A DNA stretch of 64,000 nucleotides from Narcine bancroftii. Taxonomy: Eukaryota. The stretch lies in NCBI RefSeq assembly GCF_036971445.1, contig NC_091473.1, positions 181,784,001 through 181,848,000 on the forward strand, given 5' to 3'. The notes beneath the pieces are model-generated. The model was given only the letters and a program-made list of their open reading frames with translations. It made no database searches and was not told where the DNA came from. Every line of letters starts with the position of its first letter. Positions within the stretch are counted from its first letter, which is position 1. Made by a program: the position numbers and the translations under genes. Below, one piece after another: positions 11,871-24,228 of this stretch.

Positions 11871-12600
11871 ACACAAGGGCCTGCATATGGGGACGGGTTG
11901 CGTTTACACGGTCCTGCGTATGGGGACGGGTCAGCGTTTGCTAAGGGTCCTGTGTATGGGGAAGGATCTTGTGTTTAATAAGGATCCTGCGTATTGGGAG
12001 GGGCTGTGTTTGTATAAGGTCCTGCATTTAGGTAGGGCTGTTTTTACATAGGGTCCCGTGTTTGAGGGTTGTATGCAGGGCCTAGACGTTGAGGGGCTGT
12101 GTTTTCACAGGGTCCTGTGCGTGGGAACTGTGCTTACACAGGATCCCATGTTTGGGGGCTGTATTTACACAGGGTCCTGTGTTTGGCGGCTGTGTTTACA
12201 CAGGGTCCTGTGTTTGGCAGCTGTGTTTACACAGGGTCCTGTGTTTGGCAGCTGTGTTTACACAGGGTTCTGTGTTTGGGGGTTATGTTTATACAGGGTC
12301 CTGTGGGTCTTATTGTGTAGGGCCCTGCATTTGAGGCTGTGTTTACTCAGTCCTGTGTTTGGGGAAGGGGCTGTTTCCAAAAGGTCCTGCATTTGGAGGC
12401 TGTTTAAATAAGGCCCTGTATTTTGGGAGAGGGCTTTGTTCCCATGTTCCTGCATTTGGGAAGAGGGTTTATGCAGTAACTGGTTTTGGAAAAATGGATT
12501 TGTGTTTACCTAAGGATCTTGTGTTTAAGTATGAGTGTGATGTTTACATTGGGACCTGTGTTTAGGTCAGGGGTTTGCATTAAGTTCTGTGTTTACATAG
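11860..12600. repeat. 31-bp minisatellite (cagggtcctgtgtttggcagctgtgtttaca)
   Basis: Homogeneous core at 12140-12300, degenerate flanks. Confidence 0.88.
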
Positions 12601-12724
12601 AAGGGCCTATGTTGGTTTAAAGGAGTTTACATGCATGTCAGAATCTACATCAGGTGGCAGCATTTGTGTGGAGGGGTTTCCACTGAGGTTAGGTGAGATA
12701 CAAACCAGAGATCATGGTTAAGGC

Positions 12725-12945
12725 ATGATTAGCGTAGCAGTTAGCTCAACGCTGTTACAGTGCCAGCGATCAGGACTGGGTTTGGATCTGACGCTGACTA
12801 TAAAGAGTTTGTATGTTCTCCCCATGTCTGCTTGAGGGCTCCAGTTTCCTTCCACCATTTGAAATGTACTGGGGTTGGGTGTAATTGGCCGGCACGGCTC
12901 ATAGACCAGAAGTTCGTGTTATCGTGCAGTATGTCTAAAAAAAAG
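12725..12945 (+). mobile_element. tRNA-derived V-SINE (similar copies at ~8320-8520, ~16575-16820, ~49015-49240; antisense at ~27280-27475)
   Basis: A/B-box-like head (tagcgtagcagttag...gggtttggatc) and core gtttgtatgttctccccatgtctgc. Confidence 0.7.
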
Positions 12946-13491
12946 TGAAAGAAGAAAAGTTTAGGGGGAACTTCTTCACACAGAGAGCGGTGGAAATGGT
13001 GAATCTGGGCTCAATTTTAACATTTAAGAAGAATTTGGACAGATCCATGGATGGGAGGGGTATGGAGGGCTACGGACCGGGTGCAGATCTGTGAGACGAG
13101 GAAGAATAATAGTTCGCCATAAACTAGAAGGGCCAAAGGGTCTGTTTTTGTGCTGTAATGTTCTGTGAGCTCCTTTATCTTATTGTCCATACTGGAGGTG
13201 TCTATTTATCTAAGGATTGTGTATTTGGGTTGAGGGGCATGCATTTGTGTGAAGGGCAGAAGGGATCCACAATAAGGTGGAGGCAGCTGCCAGAATAGGG
13301 GGGAAGAAAGACAGGAAACACTCAGAGGTCCATCATGTTCTTTGACGACAGACCTGATGGAGCATTTCTCTCTGCTGTTGAGGTCCTATGCAAATGGACA
13401 TAGTTGATGTAATCTCATGTCCTGCACTCAGCTCTGGCAACTGACCTTCACTGACACTTTTCCTCCCTCTCTCCCCCACCCCAACCCCCAG

Positions 13492-13612
13492 ATCAGCTCT
13501 CTTTACCAGTGCCCACCCTTTTGCGGTGCCTCCCCTCTGCCGGAGTTACTACTACCCCTCTTCGCCGCAAAGCACGTCTGAGCTGCAGCAAGCAAGGCTA
13601 AAGATGGGGCAG
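13492..13612 (+). CDS. PROSER3: PROSER3 exon (SALFTSAHPFAVPPLCRSYYYPSS...GQ)
   Basis: ccag| acceptor, |gtaagg donor; resembles human PLGRSHYWPS. Confidence 0.8.
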
Positions 13613-14093
13613 GTAAGGGCTGTGAGGATTGGGGGAGTGGTTTGGTGAATACACGAGATGAATGGCAGCAATTTCTCGATGTTTGGCGGGAGGGCCTGGG
13701 GAGGAAGGAGCGGCACAGAAGGGGGCTGGGAGGAGGGTGCTGCGGAGAAAGGAGGGGACAAAGAGGAGGTAGTGTAGCAGGAGTGGGCAGAAGAGGGAGG
13801 GGACAGAGAGAAGGGAGTGGGAAAGAGGTGGAGACAGAGGGAGCGGAAGGGAGACGGGTAAGGAGGGAGAGGACAGAAGAGGGAGCATTGAGGGAGAGGG
13901 TGAAGAGGAGGCAGGGACGAGGAGGTAGCATCGAAGGAAGGAGCAGAGAGGATGGAGTGATAGTGGAGAAGAGGGAGTGGTGAGGGATTGGGCAGAGAGG
14001 AGAGAGCCACAAGGCACAAGGAGGGAGCCCTGTGGGAGGGGACGGAGAGGAGGGAGCCCCACGAGGTTGACGTCCTCAACTTTCCTCTTCCAG

Positions 14094-14374
14094 GTGACAA
14101 AGGAAGGGAGGATCCAGCGGCCGGAGCACACCCCACCTCTTGAAGGCTGGCCCCCCACCCTTCCAGAACTGCTAGATGCCGCTGTTGGGCGTTCGGACCC
14201 AGTCAGCCCCCTGGAGGAGTCCTGGCCTTCGAGTGAGAGCTCCCCTGTCACCACCCCAGAGACCTGCTCACAGTCCTCATCAGGCTGCCTCCTGGCACGC
14301 AAGGCCTTCCGCCCAGACACAGGGGAAGCAAGTGGTATCGGTGGAACAGCCACAGACACTTCTGTGATCGCCAA
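14094..14374 (+). CDS. PROSER3: PROSER3 exon (VTKEG...EESWPSSE...SVIAK)
   Basis: ttccag| acceptor, |gtgagt donor. Confidence 0.9.
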
Positions 14375-14679
14375 GTGAGTCCTTAGCTCATCCCTGGCCC
14401 ATTTCAGCAGGATCCCAGGCACTTGGGAGAGAGTTTATTGTGGGGATTCAGGGAGTGTGGTCAACCGGAGGGATGGGGTCATTCTCCAGAAGGGAAGATG
14501 GAATCAAGGCACTTGGATCCAAGACAGGATTATTGGGAGTAGGTGGGGGGGGGGGGTCATAGGCTGGGCAGGGGGGGAAGGATTCCCTGCACAACTTGCC
14601 CTTTGACAGGAGTGAACCAAAGATTTTTCCAACTGCTTGTTTGGGCATTCTCAATCCTCCCTCCTTCCTCCTGAATCAG

Positions 14680-14828
14680 GTACATCCAGAGGTTCCGTCA
14701 CGCGGAGCCGCGGAGCCGAGAGCAACGGGCTTCCCAGCTTGGAGGTGGCATCAGGGAGTTCTGGTGGCTCCGAGACTCGCCCCCTGGCAGCATCGTGCCA
14801 AATGAGGACCAGCACACCATGAATGGCA
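14680..14828 (+). CDS. PROSER3: PROSER3 exon (YIQRFRHAEPRSREQR...EFWWLRDSPP)
   Basis: atcag| acceptor, |gtaaga donor; conserved block. Confidence 0.92.
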
Positions 14829-14869
14829 GTAAGAAGGCTGGCGGTGTGTGGGGTATGCTCTATACAAGC

Positions 14870-15460
14870 CCTTCTCCCAAATCAGATCCCATCCTGTAAC
14901 CCACTCTTGGGGATCTATTATTCTATATATCAATCCCCCAAACTCCTAGATGGATGCCAACCTGTAACCCACTCCTGGGAATCTGTTATTCTCTGTCTAA
15001 ACTCCCTGAACTCCTGGACCAGATCCCAGCCTGTAACCCACTCCCAAGGATCTATTATTCAATAAATAAACCACCTGAACCCCTGGATTAGGTCCCAGCC
15101 TGCAACCTATAGCTGGGGATCTGTATTTCTATATATAAACCCCCTGAATCTGATTCCAGGTTAAAACCCACTCCTGGGGATCTGTTATTCTATAAACAGC
15201 CCCCAAACCTCTGAATCAAATCCCAGCCTGTAACCTACTCACGGGGATCTGTTATTCTCTACATAAACCCCACCCCCCCAAACCCCTGGATCAGATCCCA
15301 GCCTCTGACCCACTCCCAGGGATCTGTTATTCTATATTTAAACCCTCCCTCCGAACCCCTAGATCAGATCCCAGCCTGTAACCCTCTCCTGGGGGTCTTA
15401 TTCTAAATATAGCCCCCCCCCCCCCGAACCCCTGGGTCAGATTACACCCTATAATCCACA
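14870..15460. repeat. ~65-70-bp minisatellite (agatcccagcctgtaacccactc...gggatctgttattctatat)
   Basis: About 9 degenerate tandem units. Confidence 0.85.
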
Positions 15461-15518
15461 CCAGATTATGAATAGTTAAATCTTGCCTTCAATTTCATTG
15501 ATGTGGTGTTGCCCACAG

Positions 15519-15661
15519 GTCTGTTTCTCCCTGAGGGAGGAGCACACAGCCTTCGTTCGCCTTTTCATCTACCAGGATCTGGCAGTCCACAAGGGATCTC
15601 ATCCCTGCCTGTTGTTTCCCTCTCCAGCCGACCTTCACTGAAGATGGGTCTGTCTGCACTA
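15519..15661 (+). CDS. PROSER3: PROSER3 exon (LFLPEGG...GLSAL)
   Basis: cacag| acceptor, |gtgagg donor; phase 1-0 bridges neighbours, low conservation. Confidence 0.7.
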
Positions 15662-15714
15662 GTGAGGATAGTCATTGATTTCTTTACCTTGTTTGGTACA
15701 TGTTTTGAATTTCA

Positions 15715-16230
15715 GGGTCCCCATCACTGTCCAGTGACCCTTGGGTTAGAGAGGGGGTGGAATCAGCCAGGGTTCCTGCTCCCCATCACTGCCCAGACCC
15801 AGGGAGAGAGAAGGGGGGTGGAAATTAGCCAGGGTTCCTGCTCCCTGTCACTACCCAGTGACTCAGAGTTAGAGAGAGGGAGGAGAATTAGCCAGTATTC
15901 CTGCTCCCTGTCACTACCCAGTGACCCAGAGTTAGAGAGAAGGAGGGGGGAATTAGCTAGTATTCCTGCTCCCTGCCACTACCCAGTGACCCAGAGTTAG
16001 AGAGAGGGAGGGGAGGAATTAGCCAGTGTTCCTGCTCCCTGTCACTACCCAGTGACCCAGAGTTAGAGAGAGGGAGGGGGGGAATTAGCCAGTGTTCCTG
16101 CTCCCTGTCACTACCCAGAGACCCAGTGTTAGAGAGCGAGGGGGGGGGGGTGGGGAATTAGCCAGTGTTCCTGCTCCCTGTCACTACCCAGTGACCCTGG
16201 GGTTAGACCGAGAAGGGGAATCAGCCATAA
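15715..16230. repeat. ~58-bp minisatellite (aattagccagtgttcctgctccctgtcactacccagtgaccc); also at 53995-54235 and antisense at 270-410
   Basis: Tandem units visible. Confidence 0.88.
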
Positions 16231-16348
16231 TTCTCACTCCCAGTGATGTGTGTGTCTGTACGTATGTGCGAATGGAACTATTGAGGAGTGTTGGTTCTCC
16301 CTCACAGACCTTCCTCGTGCTGATGCTGGGCTTCTGCTAACTTCACAG

Positions 16349-16437
16349 GAGGAGTTACCTCGCAATTCCTTGGTGGATTCCCTCGATCCAAACACATTTC
16401 AGCTCCAGGAGAAAGCCAACTTACTTTTGGAACGCAG
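16349..16437 (+). CDS. PROSER3: PROSER3 exon (EELPRNSLVDSLDPNTFQLQEKANLLLER)
   Basis: cacag| acceptor, |gtagtg donor; resembles human LDLETLSLQSRAARLLKRS. Confidence 0.88.
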
Positions 16438-17824
16438 GTAGTGTGGGGCACTGGGTTTCTCTAATGCAGGGGAACGATGTAATTGGCACAGAAACAGGCC
16501 TTTCAGCCCACCTATCCCATCTGTCCATAAACTTAACCTTCTCTATATCCTTCATGGTTTTATAAACCTCTGGGGTGCACGGTTACAGTAGTGGCCAGCA
16601 CAATGGTATGAGAGCACCAGCAAGGTTCGAATCCATCACTGTCTGTAAGGAATTTGTATCTACTCCCTATGTCTGCGTGAGTTTCGTCCTGGCGCGCTGG
16701 TTTCCTCCACCCTTCAAAGTGAACGTTTTTGTTGGTTAATTTGGGTGTAATTGGGCAGCACGGGTTTAAATTGGCCCGAGTCGACTTCTGCCATGTTGTA
16801 AATAAAACTTAAATATAAAACAGCAGTTCTAAACTCAGGCTCACGGATGACAGAAAAATAAACAATTACAGGTTAGGGAGGGTTTAGCATTTTTTTAAAA
16901 AGATTATATGGGTTGGTACAACATCGTGGGCTGAAGGGCCTGTACTATGCTGTAGTGTTCTATGTTCTAATGATTTTATAAATCTTTATTATAAGGTCAC
17001 CCCTCAGTCTTCAATGCTCCAGGGAGAAAAGTTCCAGCCTCTCCTTATAATTCAGCCCTCCATTCCTGGGAACATCCTGGTGAATCCTTTCTGCCCTCCA
17101 CCCTTTCCAGCTCAATGACATCCTTTCAGCTGGGCGACCGGAACTCTGCACGATACTCGGTGTGCAGTCTCACCAATGTCCTTGTCCAGTTGTAATGGGA
17201 AGTCCCAGCTCTTGTACTCATTGTGATAGGGATAGATATTTTTTTTTCCAAGGATACAAAACAAAGAACATGGGTTAAGAGTAAAAGGGGAGAGGTTTAG
17301 GGGGAACATTAGGTGGAAGGTTCTTCACACAGAGAGTGGTGGGAGTGTGTAATGAGCTGCCAGCTGAATCGGTAAATACAAGCTCAATAGTTAAGAAAAA
17401 TTTGGACACATATGTGGATGGGAGGGATATGGTCCGGGTGCAGTTCAGTGGGACTTGGCAGAATAATAGTTTGGGACAGACTAGATGCTGAATGGCTGTA
17501 GTAGGGTGGGGGGATGGTGATGTTCCAGGAGTGTGTCCAGCCAGGAAGGGGGAGTGGGGATGGGTCCATAAGTGTCGGCTGCTTCTCCTGGGCAGCAGAG
17601 AGGCGTGGTGGAGTAGACGGAGGGGATAGGTTTGCATGATGTTCCATGTTGTCTGGGGATGTGAGGACAGATCCTTCAGTGTAGCTGCTTCTCCAGGGCA
17701 GTGGGAGGCATAGGTGGAGTAGATGGGGGGAGGGGGGGGGAAGGTTTGTGCAATGTCTCAGGTGGTCCAGGGGAGTGGAGTGCTGTGTCCATCAGTGTTC
17801 TCCCCCTTCCTCTTGCCTCTGTAG

Positions 17825-17946
17825 CCGTTCTTCACTCACCACAACTGTTGCCGTCAGCTCTGAAGGAATAGGTTCTCCGGAACCCCTAGATGTTGAAGAG
17901 ACTCTGCGACAGACACCGTGCGTCACGCTCGGAGAGTTAGCTGCTG
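17825..17946 (+). CDS. PROSER3: PROSER3 exon (RSSLTTTVAVSSEGIGSP...LAA)
   Basis: tgtag| acceptor, |gtaagc donor, phase 2-1. Confidence 0.85.
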
Positions 17947-19108
17947 GTAAGCTTGTCTGGGGACGGAGCGCTGGGAACCCCTACCCCTCTCTCTCCCCAA
18001 TGAGGGGCATGGCGTGCAGCCAACACACATCTGACCCAGTGCCATTCAGCCCCTAGACATGGTTGGAAACCCCCAACTAATCCCAGGCTGACCCAATTGT
18101 CTGCCTGAACTCATCCCACCTGCCTGTATTCAGCCCATCTCCCTCTAAACATTGGCATGAAACATCAAAATCTGCAGGCTCCATGATTGTAGAGAGCGGA
18201 ATGTGGGGTGTTGTTCTTCCAATTTGCAGGTGGTCTCAGTCTGACTTAAGGGAGAATATTCTCCAAGCTCTTTCCACCGACCTGCATTTGGCCTGTACTT
18301 CTCTGACCTGGTGGTTCTCAACCTTTTTCTTTCTACTCACATACCACCTTAATTAATCCGTGGGGGGGAGAAAAGGTTGAAAACCATTGCTCTATAGATC
18401 CATCCAGTCATTGCAACTGTTCTTCGCCTCTCCCTCTTTCTCGTCCCACAGACCTACCGCTCTCTGTGATTGTAGTGAAAATCCACAATTGCTAGAGGAA
18501 CTCGTCTGGTCTCACAGCATTCATGGGAGATAAAGATATAATGTTTTGGGCCTGAGCCCTTCTTCAAGATTTAAGTAAAAAGCAGGTGGGCAGTTGAATT
18601 AAAGACAGAGAGAAAGGTTCCTTAGACCATGAACCGTGCGGCAGAATACAGGGAACATTCCAACACAATACAGGCCCTTCGTTCCACGATATGGTGCTTA
18701 CTACATAAACCTGCTCCCCACCCCCACCCCTCCCCCCGCATAAGTTGCCCCTCAGGACCCCCTTTAAATCTCTCTCTTCTCACCTTAAACCCTTGCCCTC
18801 ATTCATGCCCCTCTGTAAGGTTTTATAGTCTAAATGTTTCATGTTCCATGTGTCAAGGGACCTTGAGGTTTTATGGCATGGATGCAGGCCCTTCAGCCTA
18901 TGTCACCTGTTCCGACCTCACCCTCTCCCTGAGCCCATACCTTTGGCCCATGTCCCTCAAAACTTTTCCCCCCAGTATCTACAGAGCCTCCTCCAGCAGG
19001 TTGTGTTTGGCTTCAGACCCCGTTCCTACTCGTGTACCTCTTAAAACAGCCCACCGGCCCACTTGGGATGGCAGCTGGCCAGTGACCGGATCCCTCTGGT
19101 TCATGTAG

Positions 19109-19266
19109 GTGATGTGCTGACTGCCCGGCGCCCAGCTCTGCGTCCCGAGGAGGACATTCTACACCAGTGGCGCCTGCGGAGGAAGATGGAGTTGGCCCGT
19201 CACGCTCTCCAGCCATTGCTGCTCCCGGCGGATGCCCAGCCACCCCCTCTTCAACTGGCTGGGCAG
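19109..19266 (+). CDS. PROSER3: PROSER3 exon (…LRPEEDILHQWRLRRKMELAR…GQ)
   Basis: tgtag| acceptor, |gtaagg donor; hallmark motif. Confidence 0.92.
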
Positions 19267-19769
19267 GTAAGGGAGGGGCAAACCTAGCAATGTGCGGTTG
19301 AGAAGAGGCAGCATGCCCTCCAGTTGGACAGGGAGGGGGGAGCATCTGGTACCCTGCACCAGTCTGCTGCTCCCTCAGAGTCTGCACTCGTGGCACCTTG
19401 TCATTACCCCCCTCTCTATTGTTTGAGGGGCTTCCCCTCGGTTTGAGCCCATCCAGATTGTGGTCTTTCCCCACAGCTCCAACCAGTTAGCTGTGCACAG
19501 CTTCAGCACAAACTCTTGCAGCCTGAAATGTGCCAGGCGGCAGCATTCCCTCACCGACATCTCTATGTGCTGAAAGACCAACAGGTGTGGGGCACACCCA
19601 AGGTCTTTCACCAAGTCGATGGTCTTCCAGCAATTGTGCATTTACCTAGAAGGAGGGTGGTGTGGGTATTGCAGGACATGCTCCCTCCTGAGGAGTGGGG
19701 GTCCTTTGGAAGTGGGGAGCGAGGGTGGGGCAGGAGCTGGAATCTGACTGAATTTTATTTGATTGACAG

Positions 19770-20087
19770 GTTGGAGGGTGCATCCCAGACGGAGACGAGG
19801 GCGGTGTGCGGGGAGTTGGGATCTGCGGCAGGAGAGAAGGTGACGCCCCATCCTCCCATGTCATTGGTGAGCCCCCTGGGGAGCTTTACCAGAGGGGAGG
19901 CACTCACCGCCACCACCAGCTGCCCTTGTGCCACCAGGAGCAGGGGCTGATCTCCCCGGCTGCTGGGCACAGTGACGCTACTGGAAAGCTCAGCAGAGCA
20001 GAGACAGAGGACAGATCCTGTAGCGAGTGGCTGGAATCGACGCCATCAGTACAGGTGCCATCTGGCATCCACCGTGTGCTGGGACAG
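19770..20087 (+). CDS. PROSER3: PROSER3 exon, duplicate copy 1 (VGGCIPDGDEGG...HRVLGQ)
   Basis: gacag| acceptor, |gtaagc donor, 318 nt phase 0-0, open. Confidence 0.75.
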
Positions 20088-21130
20088 GTAAGCCTGTGGT
20101 AGTCCTGGAGCTGGTGCCTGGACCCCTTCAGGGAGACTCAGCAGATCCGATGGTCCATCTCCTCTGTGCTGACTCAGTGGCATATCCTGATCTAGGACCA
20201 TTTGCCTGCATTCAGCCCATCTCCCTCTCAACCTCCCCTATCCACTGACTCATCCATATTTGGTAACTGGCTCTTCAAGTTCATTCATGATATCTAATGG
20301 CACAGAAAACTAAATGTTACAGCGTTTCTCCAGACCACGGTGCACACACAATACCCACTACATAACAATCTTGAAGATACAATTTAAAAATAAATCTTTA
20401 CCTTCTTGTTTCACAGACCCACCAGCCTCAATGAGGATAATTTTTGCCCTTTAAATCTTTCCCCTCTCACCTTCATCCCTCAAGTTTTAGATTTTCCGGC
20501 TCTGGGGATAAAGACTGACCATGGTTTCATAAAGCTCTATCGAGGTTCTCCCCCACCCCAGCCCTGAGAACATCCCAATGGATATTTTCAATATTTAAGA
20601 TTCTTTTATTGTCATGTAATTAAACAGAAAAAGGAAAATTACAAGAAATTTCCTTTAGTTGACTATAATGAAGGCAATGATTCACCATCAGCAGAAATTG
20701 CCTGGCACCCCTTACAGTCAAAGAAAGAGAAGCAAAAGAGTGTGCCCCAGAGTCACTGAATATCTGTGGATTCATCTCCACAGCCGCACAGAGCCCAGTC
20801 GAAACCATCGGTAACCTGAGCTCCAGATCTGAAACTCCGACACGATCAGCCCTCAGCGCCCTCTCACATCCTGATTCCAATTCCCAGCAGTCCGCAGCCT
20901 GGGTGAGTCCCTTGACTGCGTGGGTTCCTCACCTCTAGTTGCCAACAGCCCCCACTGCCTTGTGTTCTTCAGCCTCATAGTTCCTCACTAGTCTACCACT
21001 GTTGTCACCGTCCTGTCGGGTCATCTCCTCAAATGGGGAGCGGGTGCCTTTCCATCCTCTCTCCAGCTCAGTGCCGTCCTTCCTACTGGGTAACTGGAAA
21101 TGCTGAATTTGACTGAATTTTCTTTGACAG

Positions 21131-21529
21131 GTTAGAGGGTGTGGGTCGGCTGGAGACGAGGGTGGTGCACGGAGAGCGGGTGTATGCGGTCAGAAAAAGG
21201 GTGAACTTTCTCCTGCCCACATCGTCACCGAACCCCCAGAGGAGCCTCGCCGGAGAGGAGGCAGTCACCACGACCATCGGCTGCCCTCGTGCCACCGAGA
21301 GCGGGGGCACTGCAGTGACACCACCGGGAAGCTCGGCAGAGCAGAGACAGTGGACGGTGTCTCCCGGGAAATCAATCAGGGCAGTCCCTCACTCCCCATC
21401 ACTACGGTTGCCCGCCCCAGTCAGGAATCGTCTGGCGATGAGTCCTGCAACGAGAACTGTCATTCTGGCACGGAGCGCCGAACAGGATCGGGGCATGCAC
21501 CATCCAGCATCCAGCACGTGCTGGGACAG
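21131..21529 (+). CDS. PROSER3: PROSER3 exon, duplicate copy 2 (VRGCGSAGDEGG...QHVLGQ)
   Basis: gacag| acceptor, |gtacac donor, 399 nt phase 0-0, open. Confidence 0.75.
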
Positions 21530-22229
21530 GTACACCCGCAGTAGACCAGGAGCTGGTGCCTGGACCCCTTCAGGGAGACTTGGCTAGTTCTATGGCACAG
21601 AAACGGGCTCTTCAGCCCATCTCCTCTGTGTGGACCCAGTTGTACTACCTGAGCTGGTCCCATTTGCCTCTTTTCAGCTCATATCCCTCACTACAAGAAG
21701 TCCCTAACTCTTCAAGTTCACATTTATTACCATTTGACTGTACAGAGAACAAAATGTTACATTGTTTCTCCATACCACCTGTGAACAAAATAATCACCTA
21801 TATACATGGATACATTTTTTTAATCTGTATGTATCTCTTCCCCTCTTGCATCCCAGTTCCAATATCTCATACCCCCCCCTTCAGCCATTTCTCCAGCATT
21901 CCACAGCCTGCTGTGAATCCCTTGACTGCAGTCACCAACAGCCCGCAAGCCTAGTGGGGTTTCTCACCTCTAGTCACCAATAGCTCGCCATCTGTGTTCT
22001 TCAGCCTTGGAGTCCCCTCACCTTGGTCACTATCCCATGGGTTGTCTCCTTTCCTTCTTCTCAAATGGGGGCGGGGGACCTTTCCAGCCGTCTTTTCCAG
22101 CTCAGTGCATTCCTTCCCACATCCAGGTGTTTGGAACTGCGCGCGATATTCCAAATGGGGCTTCATCAATTTGTAAAGTGGTTCGTTGAACTAAATTGTG
22201 TCTCTAGCTTCATGTGAAACCTGAAAATG

Positions 22230-23635
22230 GTCAGAATGTTTTTGATAAGGCAGAATATAATGTTAATAGGAAGTGAGCAGTGTGGATGAACTGAGAGAGA
22301 TTTTGGGATTACTCAGAATGGCTGCACAGGTTGAAGAGAGTTTGTTGAGAAGGCATATGGTATTTTGATCTTCATTAACCATGAGGTCGAGTTCCCATGA
22401 ACTATACAAGGCCTTGGTTAGACCCCACGTGGAACATTGTCTTCAGTTCAGATCACCTCACTACAAGAAGTACGTGGATATTATAGAGAGGGTACAGAGG
22501 AGATGTACAAGGATTCTGCTTTGATTGGAGAGCATGCTTCATGAGGAGAGGTTGAGAGAGCATGGTCTTTTCCCCTTGGAGCGACAGAGGATGAGGGGTG
22601 AGCTGAGAGAGGTGGACAAAATGAGAACAGGCATTGATCGTGTGGACGGCCAGAGGCTTGCCTTTCCCCAGGGCTGAAATGGCTAAGTCTAGGGGGCATA
22701 GTTTTAAGGTGTTTGGGAGTAAGTCCAGGAGCAACGTTCTTCACACAGAGAGTGCTGGGTGCATGGAATGCACTGCCAGCAACAGTGGTGGAGACAGAGA
22801 CAATAGGATCTTTTAAAAGACTATTAGTAGGTACATGGAACTGAGAAAAATGGAGGGTTATGCAGTCGGGAATTCAAAACAGTTGTTAGTATACACAAAA
22901 ATGCTGGAAAAACTCAGCGTTCAAGGGTGTGAAGGGTCACAGTCCAGATGCAAGTCAGTGGGAGATCATAAAACATGAGGTTATGTGGCAGCTATGCAAG
23001 ACCTTGGTGAGACAGGCTTAAGCCTGAAATGTTGGTTCTGTATCTTTAGCTTTGCAATATTAAGTACTCTGTTTAACCTGCTGAGTTTCTCCAGCATTGT
23101 GTTTTTACTTAAACCACGGTGTCTGCATACCTTAGAGTATGAACATGGTGTTCAGTTCTGGTCACTTCACCACAGGAAGGATGTGGGAGCTGTAGAGAGG
23201 TTGCAGAGCAGATGAACAAGAATGCTGCCTAGGTTGGAGCGTGTGCCTTGTGAGGAGAGGTTGAGTGAACTTGGTCTTTTCTTGTTGGAGCGATGGAGGA
23301 TGAGGGGTGGGTTGAAAGAGGTGTTCAAGATGACGAGAAGCATTGATCGTGTGAACGGCCAGAGGGTTTTACCCAGGGATGAACTGGCTATCACGAGGGG
23401 GCATAATTTTAAAGTGCTTGGGATTAAGTCCAGGGGGGATATTCCTTACACAGAGAGGGGTGGGTACATGGAATGTGCTGCTGGCAATAGTGGTGGAGGC
23501 AGGGACAATAGGGTATTTGAAGAGATGATTAGATAGGTTCATGGAACTGAGAAAAATTGAGTGTTTTGAAGTAGGTTATTAGGTTGGCACAACACTGGGC
23601 TGAAGGGCCTGTATTGTGCTGCAATGTTTGATGTT
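22230..23635 (+). mobile_element. Two CR1-type LINE 3' fragments
   Basis: VQFWS..RKDV.A.ERLQ, EERLSELGLFLLE motifs; tail gggcctgtattgtgctg. Confidence 0.8.
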
Positions 23636-23681
23636 GTAACTCATGTCTTCTTGACCACTTCTTTCTCTCACTCCAACCCAG

Positions 23682-23871
23682 GTTATCTCTGAAACTATCT
23701 TTTCTCCTCCTCCGTTACGACGGAACCACAAGAAACCAAGGAAAGTGACCAGAACTGTGAGAGACAAAGAGAGCGCATCGTATGCACCACCTTCCCACCC
23801 CCAACCCTCCACGGTGGCAGAAGGCCACCACACTCCAGAAGCACTGACACAGCTCCTGGATGAAGCACAAG
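23682..23871 (+). CDS. PROSER3: PROSER3 exon (VISETIFSPPP...LLDEAQ)
   Basis: cccag| acceptor, |gtatca donor. Confidence 0.85.
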
Positions 23872-24146
23872 GTATCAGTGATAAGAAGCACTCCTCAACC
23901 AAAGCTTCTGCACCGTCCCATCACCTCCCTCCGTCACTCCCGGGGTCAGACACAGAGTGAAGCTCCCTCCCCACCGTCCCGTCACACATCACACACTCCC
24001 GGGGTCAGACACAGAGTGAACCTCCCTCTACACCGTCCCACTCAGGCCATGATAATATTCAGTTGCCTGCTGCTAGTCTCCAGCGTTGCCCTTCAATCAG
24101 CAATGCATTTGTTCATTTCTCCCATGCCCACTCCCTGTCACTACAG

Positions 24147-24228
24147 AATCGGATGGCATGGAGTTTGAGGACGACTTGCTGCTTTGGGTATTGAGACAAC
24201 AGAGGGCCTGGGTACGCCAACAACTCAG
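24147..24228 (+). CDS. PROSER3: PROSER3 exon (ESDGMEFEDDLLLWVLRQQRAWVRQQL)
   Basis: tacag| acceptor, |gtaccg donor; conserved SDGxEFxDD..LR motif. Confidence 0.88.

Larger units (their letters stand above)
13492..24228 (+). other. PROSER3: PROSER3 (C19orf55) gene span, 11 internal coding exons; first and last exons unresolved
   Basis: join(13492..13612,14094..14374,14680..14828,15519..15661,16349..16437,17825..17946,19109..19266,19770..20087,21131..21529,23682..23871,24147..24228) is one open frame; motifs EESWPSSE, SVIAKYIQRFR, EFWWL, LQEKANLLLERS, RPEEDILHQWRLRRKME, ESDGMEFEDD; synteny with LIN37 and ARHGAP33. Confidence 0.9.

Noticed and set aside
12725-12800. tRNA gene
   Set aside because: Degenerate tRNA-derived SINE head; no complete cloverleaf.
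13598-14422. 274-aa minus-strand ORF
   Set aside because: Antisense shadow of a PROSER3 exon plus a purine-rich intron.
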